This document shows positions 35,840 to 48,179 of a stretch of 64,000 nt of DNA, one piece after another. The notes under the pieces are model-generated. The model was given only the letters and a program-made list of their open reading frames with translations. It was not told the origin of the DNA and made no database searches. Source of the DNA: Intoshia linei (taxonomy: Eukaryota > Animalia > Orthonectida); NCBI GenBank assembly GCA_001642005.1, contig LWCA01000059.1:1-64000 (forward strand). The letters run 5' to 3'. Each line of letters starts with the position of its first letter. Position 1 is the first letter of the stretch. Made by a program: the position numbers and the translations under genes.

Positions 35840-38800
35840 TTACATAAACGGTGGGGTACAGTCATGTTGAATTGTGAACCCGCTTTGTTGTATAATATAA
35901 TGTGCTGCTTTGTTTCCAGTTATTATTCCTCTTTTATAATCATTTTCATTTTTTATATAAACCGAAAGGAAGCCTATAAATTATTATAGTGAAATAAAAG
36001 CAAACCTCCAACAAAGGCATCACCAGCTCCGTTGGTATCTACAATATTTTCTGGATTAATTTTTGTAATTTCAATTTTTTCAAATTTTACTGGCTCACAA
36101 TCATCAAATTCTGCATAAAATACTGGATCAGAACCACACGTCATGATTAGCTTTAAAGAATGGTTATTGTATTGCGAAATTATTTTTTCTCCTAATAATT
36201 TTAGTAAATCTTTGGGTTTTCCTTCTATATTGTATAATTTTGCCAAACTCAAAAATTCCTATAATTTAAAAATAAGAGTAACCTCTAAACCCGACACGTA
36301 TAACCTAATTATAATTAAGTTATTATATTAATATTTGTTTCATCATAACAACTTTCATTCTACCCAAAATATTTTCCTATTTGTGTTTAAAAATTTATAT
36401 ATATGGCAGTCGTGGGGTAAAGGTTATACATGTCGCTGCGACATATCTGCAACATTGTCGCAATGTTGCGACTAAATGGTCATAAATAATATTTATTAAA
36501 CAGATAATAAATAACCTGATCGTTTCCAATAATAATGTGAACATATTGCATCAATTTAACAATGTACGTGGATGCCAGATTACAAATAAATTCTGCTGAT
36601 ATATTGTAAACAATACGCTTGTTACCATCAAAAAGTTCCTTTGCCAATTTTATTATACATTGTGGCTTTAACATAAAGAAATAACCCTACATATAGTGTA
36701 TAGAAATTTCTACAAAGATAACATTTAAAACCATGAATAATTTATTATTTGTATTTTATGTAAATTATATTGCTCGCCGAAATATTATAATATAAATAAA
36801 TTTAAATGGGGCCTCATATTTTCAAATTGATTATTTTATAAATCATAGCATTTTCAAGTTGATAAAGTTGTGTACAGAATATATAATAAATGGTTTTTGT
36901 TAAAAAATTAACAATCGCCCCATTAAAAAATTTACAATTATGGTAATTAAATTAAATCATAATTGCGTTTCAATTAATTCAGACTTCGTGGTCCTGTATA
37001 ACTAAAAACTATTTATCTATGCAATTCGAAGAAAATAAAACTCCAGTTTATTTAAGAAAGTAAGAGGAATCGAGTTTTGAAAATTACATATTTCTATTAC
37101 AGCTTTTCGAGAATATTGTTTTATTGCAAATTTCAGAAATTGAGTCCTTCAAAGTCAAAAACCCCAATTGTCCTTTTTTTAAATTCAAACCATTATAGAA
37201 ATATAAAAAATACACAATCTCATAAAGATTTTAAATTCATAAACATTATGATAATTTCAAAATATTATATCTTCAGTTCAAAAACAAATTATCCTTTTTT
37301 GTAAAAATTAAAAGTCCTATAATTGTATACAACAGGGGTGGGGACCCTTTTGCGTGCAACGGGTCAAACCGCACATTTTATTTTATCACCTATCGCACCA
37401 AGAAAAATTCTTCAATTTTACTTCGTTCCATTTTTTAAAAATTTTTTTAATCAATATTACAAACCCTTATATCTATTTTCACTAGTTTAAGAATATTTTA
37501 AGGTTAATCGTCAATACATTTACTCTTTAAATGTATTTGAATGAAGTAAATTCTCATATTCGGCAAAATTTATAAAAATAATACTAAATCATTATGGTTT
37601 ATTATTAATCAGTTAATTCACTTATACTTATGAATGATTTTGCTTTTTTCTGACAATTGAATAAGACCTGGTTTAATGCTACTTGTGTATTAATTAAATT
37701 TAAACTATTTGAAATTTTTAATTTCACTCGCGTGTAGCAAAAATTTATAAAAGGGTCGCATGCGGCCCGCGGGCCATACTTAGCTCATATATGGTATACA
37801 ACATAAATTCTGGGATATTTTTTAAAATCATAAGCATTACATAAATCGCAACCTCAAAATAGTGCATTTTCACAATCAAAATCCCAGATTACCCTTTTTT
37901 TTAAAAATGAAAACAACCATAGAATTTAAAAGAAATATACAGATGATACAGTAATTTACAGGTAACACAAATACAAAGTTTTAATTTGAACTAGTGACGC
38001 CTTCACGGTCAAAAAAGAACTTTAGTATTCATCTTTTTTATATAGAAACTATATTATTAAAACAAAAAATTTGAAATAATGAACGGTCTTACAATTAAAA
38101 AAAAAGATTATTCTTAAATGGCTTATCCAGTTGATGTAGATACAAAAATTTAAAACGTAAAACGTCAAAACGTAACTAATTTTGAAAAAACTTTAGTTGT
38201 ATATTTTAAATTAATCATTAATTTAATGACAAGTTATAGTATACAATGTTAATACATTAATGTTTGTATTTCCATATTACAGTAATAATCATCACACAGA
38301 GAATACTGCATTATTAGGTAAATCACAAAGTTATGTCGTTTTTATTGATGTAATTGATTAAAAACGCTATATCATCGATAAGATTTCACATATTTCCAAA
38401 TATAAAATTTTTTTTTGTAACAATCATGTGTATGACCACATCAGATGAGAACGTAATTTATTTAAATCTACATTTATTCAATGGTTATTTAGACGAAATA
38501 TTTTAATGATTTTGAGGGACATTTACGTCATATTTTACTGTATGAGTACTTTAAGGACCGCAGTGTAGTGGTATCTACCAAAAATATATGTGCTGTGTAT
38601 GTTAAGGATGTTTTAAAAAACAGAAAATGTCAAATATGGTTTAATAGATTTCGTGATGAAAACCACACCCTAATGGATTTCCAACGTTCCGGTAAATCAG
38701 TGGTTTTGTAAGATTTAATGAAGTAATAGATTTAATAAATGATTCCACTGCAAGTAATATTTTCTATCAAAAACCACTAAGTTCTTTTTGGTGTAATATG

Positions 38801-41800
38801 ATTGATTTATATCCAAATGTATTTACGATTGCTTTGAGATTGCTACTATCTTTACTGTCAACTTATCTGCATGAAGCAGGATTTTATACGCTTTTTCATA
38901 TAAAAACAATCAATAAACAGATTCAATGTTAAAAATGATATGAGGCTCGCCTTATCGCATACACTGCAAAATATCAATAATTGTATCTAAAATGGAACCT
39001 GAAATTTCACATAAAGAAAATAAATTTAATTATTATAATAATACATTGTACTGAGGTGCTCACTGAGCACAGTATAAAATATAAATAGAACTGAATATGA
39101 TTTTTTAATATTTTCATTTATGTAAACTGATATGATGTTTAAAGTATATAGAAAATTTTTGTGTCGCGAAAATTTTTTATGTTTATAAGAGGGTCGCGAA
39201 CACAAAAAAATTGAAAACCACTGCGGTAGACCTTCAACTATTGATATTAATATAATAAAAATTGAATTGAAAAAATATCCAATTCAAACATGTCAATCGC
39301 TTTCCATTGTTGCCAGCTGTTCAAAAACCAGTGCCTATAATTGGTTGAAACGTTACACAAAGTGAATAAGTCTGAAATATGAGTACCCCACTTATTAACG
39401 ATTCAACATAAATTCAATATAAAAAACATGCCAATAATTACTAGACAGACTAAAAAATGAACCGTTTTTAGAAAATATTGTGACTGGTGATAAAAAATGG
39501 ATACATTGTGATAATACTAAATTGAAAAAACAATGGCTATCTTCCCAGGAATCACCGATATTGACTCCAAAACCAGAACTCCATGGTAAAAAGGTAATGA
39601 TGAGTATTTGGTGGGATATGAAAGGCATACTTTATTATGAATATCTTAAAAACATAAAAACCATTAATGCGGAAAACTATTGCGAATAATTGGATGAATT
39701 GACCGATGCAATTGACCGTAAAAGACCTCAAATTTTATCTAAAGGTAATATTATTTTGTTACACGACAATGATAGACCTCATACTGCTATAAAGACTAGA
39801 AAACATTTAATGGACCTTAATTATAAGGTATTAGATCACCCACCATATTCTCCAGGCATTGCTCCTTCTGACTATCACCTTTTTAGGTCAATGAGTAACC
39901 ATTACCATGGAAAAAACGATTCAATTGAGCATTTAAAATCTGACATTGATACCTTTTTGACAAATAAAAGCCAGAGTTTTTTTTAAAATGGAATTAAGAG
40001 GATACCGGAACATTGGAGAAGAATTGTCAAATGTAATATAGAATGTTTTGTAGAATAAATGTTAATCAAAATTGTTATTTTAAAAGTTTTAATTATACAT
40101 TAAATTTAACTATGTAGTTATAAAAACGACATTACTTGGTGATTAACCTAATAGTAATAAATTAATACTACATTTTTGCCATTTCATTTATACATTATAT
40201 TGCAAACGTAGTTATAATTTAAGTCTAATATATACATTTATATATATTTAAATATTTATAAACGTAATTATAATTTAACTCTAATATATATTTAAATTAA
40301 CCCATATACTCCCTGTGTGACCATATGATCACTTTTATAAAAAACACGTATCAAATTGAAACAAAGTTAATTAAATATAAAAAATTAAATTAATTAGTAT
40401 ATTATATACCATTCGAGTATATTAGTTATGAGTTTTCACCGATTAGCCTCCTGTGTCACTAACAGTGGGCCAAAATGATTTTTTGAAAAAATTTTTTATA
40501 TTTTTTTGTTGTTAAAGTTGTGATAACTGAATTTAATGAATACCATATGATGAATTCATGTATTGGCTACAATTTGATGAAATAATTAGGTATATTGACG
40601 ATACGGTTTTATATATACATGCTTTTATTTGCCTTATTCTCCCAATGTGAACATATGGAATGTGAAATAACTCCATAACTACAATTGGTAATTACCTAAA
40701 ATTATATATGGTGAGCAATAGGCAAGTATGTATTAACTTCCCAAATTTTTGGAAAAATCGAATCCAAAAAATTGGAAAAATTTGTCTGGGAGTATAAGGG
40801 TTAATGTAAACTATCTGAGTTTAAAAGGTTCGATATATTTTTTTCATAAGAAAAATTTAAATATAAAAAATTGTAGTAGTCGTCTTAGGTTTCTTACAGC
40901 TGGTTTAGATCATAAGGTTTAAGAAAACATTGCATTCAAATCATAGATAAATATAAATATTTTAAAAAAATATTACCGTTATGTAAAATACGTTAGTATT
41001 TTTCAGATAATTTAAATTTTCAGGTGAAAGCATAAATTCTTCAGATATGTCTTGAGTCGCACCAAGATTTGTGGCTAAAGACCTGCAATTCAAATAATAA
41101 AATGTATATACAAAACTTTCCTATATTTTCGGTCTTTTGAAATCATGGCGCAACAAATGCCTGTTGAATTCTTGTGTGATATTTCAAAATTTGTTTTCAA
41201 ATGTGACTTACTACACTCGATTCGTAATTGTCTACCCTCTTCATCATTCCCAATGCAACTAGCATAAGCTATACAGTTTTTTTCGTTGATAATCCACTTT
41301 TATATTAATTTTAAAAATGTAGTGAATAACATTTTATGTAACATTAAATATTAACGGGCGGACACATGGTATTTTAAATATTGATTGAGGGTGAGTCAAA
41401 ATTGTAATGATTTAAAATTGATTTTATATTATTGTTGTTGGGAATCGTTCATATACCGATGAATTAGATGTGATATTGGTCATTAGTAATGACTCATTAC
41501 GAATAATGTGGACATATTTACGGTTCAGTTAAACATAAAATTGTAATCATGGAGTAAAACGTTCGCCCGTTCGGAGCGGTGTATACCTGTAACATTCTTA
41601 AAACATTCAGACTAGAACCACCTAAATGTAAATATAAAAGTAAATGATAAGTTAACCTGGCACAATATCATATTCATACGTATCGATAAAATCTTTAAAG
41701 CTAATATTAATATTTAACGATATACATTGTATATTATACAATAATAATATATTAATAACATATATAATAGTAATGTATAATATTACAGATTTTTCTGTTT

Positions 41801-42039
41801 TTCGCCAACAATAATTAACCCATCCTTCTCCAAGCCATATCTAGTTTTTTAGATTATAATACGTATTAGTTTTGCACCACGAACGATGACGAATTTTGAG
41901 ATACATATTTTAGAAAAATTTTGTACATTTTGATAATTTAATAATTAAATAATAAAAGTTACTTTTCTAAAAATGACTCATCTACAACAGCACTAATGTC
42001 AAGTAAGGCATTCCCAAACGCAAATAACTGATTTTTCAT
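35840..42039 (-). CDS. ADK: Adenosine kinase (PfkB family), tandem copy A
   Basis: FGNALLDISAVVDESFLEKY, PGGSSLN, CIGNDEEG, TGICCAMI, SLATNLGA, YNISAEF, GNDQE, DTNGAGDAFVGGFL, IIQQSG; includes a 4.3-kb TE-filled intron at 36687-40976. Confidence 0.9.
37333..37793. mobile_element. hAT-type MITE
   Basis: Starts CAGGGGTGGG, has subterminal GCGGCCCGCGGGCC and TSD GTATACAA on both sides; it interrupts another repeat. Confidence 0.75.
38314..40151 (+). mobile_element. Defective mariner (DD34D) transposon, interrupted by a hAT insertion
   Basis: Imperfect ~30-bp TIRs TTAGGT(A/T)AATCAC.AAGT.ATGTCGTTTTTA with TA flanks; transposase remnants TGDKKW, HDNDRPH, YSPGIAPSDYHLF (34 aa between D2 and D3); internal stops; about 1.3 kb once the insert is removed. 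Confidence 0.92.
38698..39223 (+). mobile_element. Non-autonomous hAT (Buster/Charlie-like) element nested in the mariner
   Basis: TIR CAGTGGTTTT...AAAACCACTG; 8-bp TSD CGGTAAAT/CGGTAGAC; contains a degraded Buster-type C-terminus (SFWCNM..YP...ALRLL...TYL.EAGF...NDMRLALS). Confidence 0.85.
40301..40800. mobile_element. piggyBac-type MITE
   Basis: TTAA on both sides (40297-40300, 40801-40804) and TIR CCC(A/T)TATACTCCC. Confidence 0.8.
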
Positions 42040-42750
42040 GCTTTTTTGAAATTAAACGCTTAAAATAAATAAAAATTTATTTATACTACTAGGCAAATAT
42101 GTTGCTATATTTTATTACGCTTTGAATTACGTTTGTATTGTTTCAAATATCATGTAAATATCACTTTACGATTTTGTGGCATAAACTTTATGCTTGAAAT
42201 AATCGTTAAATAAAGAATTGCAATTGCATTTGTATAAAATACTATTGTACCGTCTCGTTGGAAGAATTAAATTGTGTGCAAAACCATAGAACTTCCACTA
42301 AACAAAAATATTTAGATTTGAATGGTACAACTGTATTAGACAGACCTTTAAATTCTAGAGGTTTAGAGTCTAGAACAAGGGAGAAATGTGATCAAAAAAA
42401 AATTTTAAGAGAAGAGATATAATACTGTTTTTACTGTATTCTAATTTGAAAATTAAAAAGTTATTTTGTTCTATCTTCTGTTAGATTTTGCGGTATAGAA
42501 AGAAGTTTTAGCATGCTGAAGAAAGTACTACAAAGTAAGTAAGCAAAGAAATTTTTTTATAGATCAGCGTACCAATAAAGTAAAGCGACTAAAAGTACAT
42601 TTTTTTGGCAAAATCGAAAACGTACTAATTAACAAATTATTTAATTAAAGTCATACACAAAAAATAAACTTTTGCTTCGCTAAGCCATGAATCATGAAAT
42701 CTTATCCGATCGCAATGTTAACATTACATTTTACATTGTTAACATTTATT

Positions 42751-45168
42751 TTACAGAAACGGTGGGTTTATATCGTGTTCAATGTTAAAACCGCTTTGTT
42801 GGATAATGTAATTGGCTGCTTTGTTTCCTCGTAATATTGCCTTTTTGTAATCATTTTCATTTTTTATATACACTGAAAGAAACCCTAATTTAATTTTAAT
42901 ATTTAAAAATGATATGTAAACCTCCAGCAAATGCATCTCCAGCACCATTAGTATCATTTATATCTGCATTGTCAATTTTTATTATATTTATTTTTTCACA
43001 TTTTATAGATTCACATTCATCAACTTCGGCATAAATTACAGGATCAGAACCACAAGTCATTATCAATTTCAGTGAATGATTAAAATATTCGTTTATTAGT
43101 TTTTTACCCAACGTTTTTAATAATATTTCATCTTTAACTGATATATCGTACAATTTGGCCAAACTTTCAAATTCCTATAATATTATATTATATTATATAT
43201 GTTAAGATTTATTATTTCAAAAATTGAAAAATTTTTGTTGATAACTAAGACAATTTTTGAATGTAATTTATGTTTTTCATTGAAATACTATTTATATTGT
43301 TAACGTACATTATAGTATATTTATTGTATGTATCAATAAATTCATTCTTACAAGAGAATGAAAATAGTCCTATAATTATAAAAAACAAATTATGCAACAG
43401 TTTTCAAATCACTAACATAATCGTAAATCTTACCTCAAGTGACACTTTTTTTGAAAATGAAAAGGGTTATAGAATTTTTACAATATTATGCTTATTCGAT
43501 AAATTTATGCGTAATTTTAATTATATTGTAATATAAAAATTTTTAGATCAATAAACCTGATCATTCCCAATTACAATATGAACGTATTTCATCAGTTTAA
43601 TAATGTGTTTCGATGCCACATGACAAATAAATTCTGCTGATATGTTGTATATGACCCGTTTGTTACTTTCATAATATTCTTTTGCCAATTTTAAAATGCA
43701 TTTAGGTCTCAACATAAATATATAACCCTAAATAAAATGCATATATATTGTAGTAAATAAATATTGCTAATGTCGAACCTACCGTATTCTACAATACCCT
43801 CTTCAGGTGGGGTAGAATCGAAAAATTTAGGTCAAATTGTAGGTTCTATACTGCTTAAATTAATTCATATTTTTCATAATTTACCTAACAAATTCGACAA
43901 ACGAATCATAAAAACATCGAGTTGATTTACAAAAAATAATATAATACCCAAATCTCTCAACTCTTTTAATATATCATCAGATATACTTCAATAAACAGGC
44001 TTAACGGATGTAGCTAAAATAACGATATACAAAATATTAAAAACTAAAGGTAAAGTAGGGAATACTGAATCTAAAACACTTTCCCCTAAAAGACACAATA
44101 AATTACGGTTGATTAGGGTAAATAGTTATATGAAGATAAATTTTGGTAATTTAATTATAATTATATACCGTAATGTAAAATATGTGCGAATCTCGTAAAT
44201 GATTCATATTGATGGGTGAAACCATAAAATCTTCGGATATGTGTTGAGTGGCACCTAGATCCGTTGCCAGTGATCTAAATTAAAATGTAAAAGTGTTAAA
44301 TTCAACTTGCCTATATCTTCTGTCTTTTGAAATCATGACACAACAAATACCTGTTTGGTGCTCTTTTGATATTTCAAAGTTTGTTATTAAATTCGATTTA
44401 CTGCATTGGATGTTTAACTGCCTCCCCATTTCGTCATCACCAATACAACTAGCATAAAATATAACATTTTCTTCGTTTATAATCCACTAAAAAATAAACA
44501 TAATAAATAAACGACTAAATAAATAAAAATACGTAAGGAAAATGTGATTACTGAATTTTCAGATCGCCCTGGACTTTATTTTGTTGAATATACTGGAATC
44601 GTTTTTCTTCAGTTAAAATTGAAATTTATCATGTTTACATTTTCAAAAACGGGGCCTGTATAATTTTTTGATATAAAAAAGTGCCCATAAGATGAAAAAG
44701 GTTGTCGATCCCTGGTGTAATATATAATATATTTCTAATTTTAAAAATTTTAAAAAACCTGCATCATTCTGAAAACATTTAAAGATGATCCACCTACATG
44801 AATTACATATGAATACTTTACATTTAGTAATTACCTGGTACGACATCACATTTATAATTTCTTGAAAATTCAAGTATTCTAAATTTATTTATATTAAAAC
44901 AAGTACAAGTATGTGCGAATAACGGAAGTTCCACAGTATTTAATTAAAGGTAAAAGTAAATGTTAGGAAATATAAATTACAAATTTTTTGCTTTTTCATC
45001 TATGAGAATGATTCCATTTTTTTCCAAATTGTATCTATAATATATATTGATATAATATCAAAAATTGATTATATTGTAGTACAAAAAATACTTTTGAAGG
45101 AAGGTTGTGTCGACAATAGCACTTTTATCGACTAAAGCATTTCCAAATGCAAATATTTTATTTTTCAT
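42751..45168 (-). CDS. ADK: Adenosine kinase, tandem copy B
   Basis: FGNALVDKSA, PGGSSLN, CIGDDEMG, RSLATDLGA, GNDQE, DTNGAGDAFAGGFL; same exon structure as copy A, with one GC-AG intron (44275-44310). Confidence 0.9.
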
Positions 45169-45740
45169 ACTCAATTTTTTTTTTTATTATGTAATTAAGA
45201 AATACTGGAATAAATGTTGAAAATTTAGCATACAAGTTAAGTATACAATATTCTAGCATTTTATTGATATATTTATCTAATACAAAAAATTTATTTTGTG
45301 TAAATATCATAAACATTTTTTATTTATATTATTGTATAACAAAGATTTTATAAAATTGGTGTATTGTTGCAAAAATTTGTTAAAATAACGACTGCTATAC
45401 ATATACAATGTATACATATGCATAAAATACACCAGAAAATGATAATTAATGTTACCGTACTACAAATACATGTACGTTGCACATTAGAATATGGTCAACT
45501 TTAATTAACAGTCAGTGAACGTATTTTAATACAAAAATATTGATAAATAATATTCTATTACATAAATAAATGTCATTTATATAATTTAACATGCAAGTAG
45601 TTTCTCGTTTATAAGTACACTTGCTATTAAGGGCGCACTATAAAAAGATCGTAAATCAAAAGATCGTAAAAATAAACTTTGTAACTAAAATAAATATACT
45701 AAATTAAATTGGATACAAAAATATTATCTGGTGTGAACAC

Positions 45741-46246
45741 TAGGGGGGTGTCAATTTTTTCACTTTTTGGCGAAAATACAAAAGTGCCACCCCAGACGTG
45801 GAAGATAGGGTTAAATGATACACAATTATCAAAAAATTATATAAAAAGGATTAAAAAAAACCCTGGAGCAAAGCACTTCAAAATATGAATAATAAACAAA
45901 ATTTAATTTTATTTGTATAGTAAATTTCATAGTAATAATAATTTATATAACAATTAATCTTCATTTTATATTTTTTTATCAATTCGGCGTTCATGATTCG
46001 CTAGACGATAATTTTGCGCATCTTTATAGCTATTTGTCGAAAAATTTTTATATTTAAAATAATATTTTTAAGAAAATTGTCATCTATTAGTTACTGTGAG
46101 CGATATATTGTTCAAAATTTTAGAGGCGATGCCCATCGGGTTTTTTTAACAATTGAGAGGTAAGATTGGGTGCAAATTGAATATTTTCAAAAATTTTATA
46201 TGGTGGAAGGGTGCACTTTTAATATAAAAATTCGTTCACACCCCTA
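45741..46246 (-). mobile_element. hAT-type MITE family 1, copy 2
   Basis: Inverted homolog of 25556-26062; perfect 8-bp TSD GTGAACAC. Confidence 0.9.
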
Positions 46247-47320
46247 GTGAACACCATAGAATATTTATAATTTTTTTGTAATATAGTTTGTAGGTATAAT
46301 ATGGTATTTTAATATTTTAGTTTTAACTTGGGTCTGTAGTCTAAATTAAATGAATTAGTTAATGAATTATTTGATTTTTATTAAGCTTTTTAGTTAGTTA
46401 TTATATTGACAGTGAAAACTAAAAATATTATGTACAAAATCGAAGACTAAAAATAATAACTTATATATTAATACCAATATACTTATATACTATTAATATT
46501 ATATTACTTAAATATTTTACACTGAATGTTGCTAAGAATTATAACAATATAAGTATTGAGAATAAGATTAACATTTAATTTTTATTAATTAATTTGCATT
46601 TAAGTGTATATAAGTTATTAAAATCTAATTTCATTTCTTGTTTTTGGGTATATGCGATTAATTTATCTACAGAACTTAGCATATCTTGCCTCTCATCCTC
46701 GGATATGGATGGTTCAGCATCGTCCCTATATAATCGTTAGTCGTAATCATAGTCGATATTACTGTTTTGCATGGTCGTTGGTAATCATCAGTTACCTATT
46801 GGTATGATTTACCATCTTCAATTTCGGATATAATGTTTAATTACATTACATTTAAAGTCAGTAAATAAATTTAGTAAAGCGACTAGTAAAGTCAGTAAAG
46901 CAATTCTTCATTTGACATACATAATTAAATTTTAAAATGAAAATAAGCAGACTTTGATAATTTAATTTAATTATATTTATTTTAATTTGCGGAATTATTT
47001 CACCCATCAACAATTTTAAAATTGGTGTTTTATTGCTGTATTTAATAACAAGATACTACTGTATATAAAAACAATTAGAAATAACATTTATATGGAAAGT
47101 TAAATTTTAACTATTAACAGTAGTGTAGAATCTATGAAGTAAATGTAGTACGATGTATGTTTTTGATTTATAAATTGTTATACTGAATGCAGTGAATTAT
47201 TATAATAAATAATATATATAAATAAATAATAATAAATATTCAATAATTATTGAATATTCAATGAGCAGCACTGCAGTAATTTGTTCAAAATTTATATTGG
47301 TACCGCCTTATTTTGGTTTG

Positions 47321-47452
47321 TATACAAACCATAGTAAATTTATGAGTGTAGTTTTTGGCATTTATACAAATCAATGTTAATTTATGAGTGTAGTTTTTGG
47401 CATCTATACAAACAAATATAAATTTATGAGTGCAGTTTTTAGCATCTATACA
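47321..47452 (+). repeat. 42-bp minisatellite, 3 copies
   Basis: Unit TATACAAA..AATTTATGAGTG(T/C)AGTTTTT(G/A)GCAT starting at 47321, 47363 and 47405. Confidence 0.85.
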
Positions 47453-47479
47453 TGCAATCGTCTCGTAAAATTGAAAATG

Positions 47480-47830
47480 TAAATAGTGATCCTACAATTT
47501 CAAAAAAAATTTGCATAGAACATATACACATTTCCAATAAAGAAATATGGGTGAAAATCTATATAATTCATTCTTTCTTATTTTTTTCATTGCTACGCAA
47601 TTTTTCATGCTCAAATACTCATTTTCAAAAAATTTATCAAAATTAAAATCTAAATCAAAATAATATATTAACTGATAATATTAATTAATAATAATTAATA
47701 TGATAAAAACTTATTAATATTTTTGTATCTATTACAATGCTTTGCAATGTTGGTAAAATTCTTCTTAAATGTTTTTAAACTTCTGCTTCCGTTATTATTA
47801 TTATTGATACATAATTGGTATTTTTAATTA
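47480..47830 (+). repeat. Dispersed repeat shared with ~57510-57835
   Basis: Shared blocks ACACATTTCCAATAAA.AAATATGGGTGAAAATCTATATAAT and TTCATTGCTACGCAATTTTT. Confidence 0.7.
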
Positions 47831-48179
47831 TTTATTGTATTGATAATGAATCATGTTACATCAAATTTAAATTTATAATGTTAAAATTAGATAGGCCCGC
47901 CCTCGGCAGATCTAGGTGCTGTTTGTACGTAGTATAAAGCAACCAAACTAGTTATAATTATAATAATCATATGTTTGAGTTTCTTATACTACAAATAATT
48001 TTTTATTATTTATGATTATAATCATTCCTGCATACTATATAGTTTTAAACAAATATTTTAAAATTCGGGATTGGTTCGATTTATTTTTAAATTTTTAAAT
48101 AAATTCAATTTTCTTCGATATCTTGCCAATCCCAATAAATACTGATAAAACTATTATTTATTTATATTTATTATAAAAA

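Noticed and set aside
46620-46920. Possible Tigger/pogo transposase remnants on the minus strand (NIISEIEDGKS; acidic C-terminal-like segment)
   Set aside because: Similarity is too short and no TIRs were identified.
47321-47452. Regularly spaced repeats that superficially resemble a CRISPR array
   Set aside because: Contiguous 42-bp tandem units with no unique spacers, in a eukaryotic context with no cas genes; a minisatellite.
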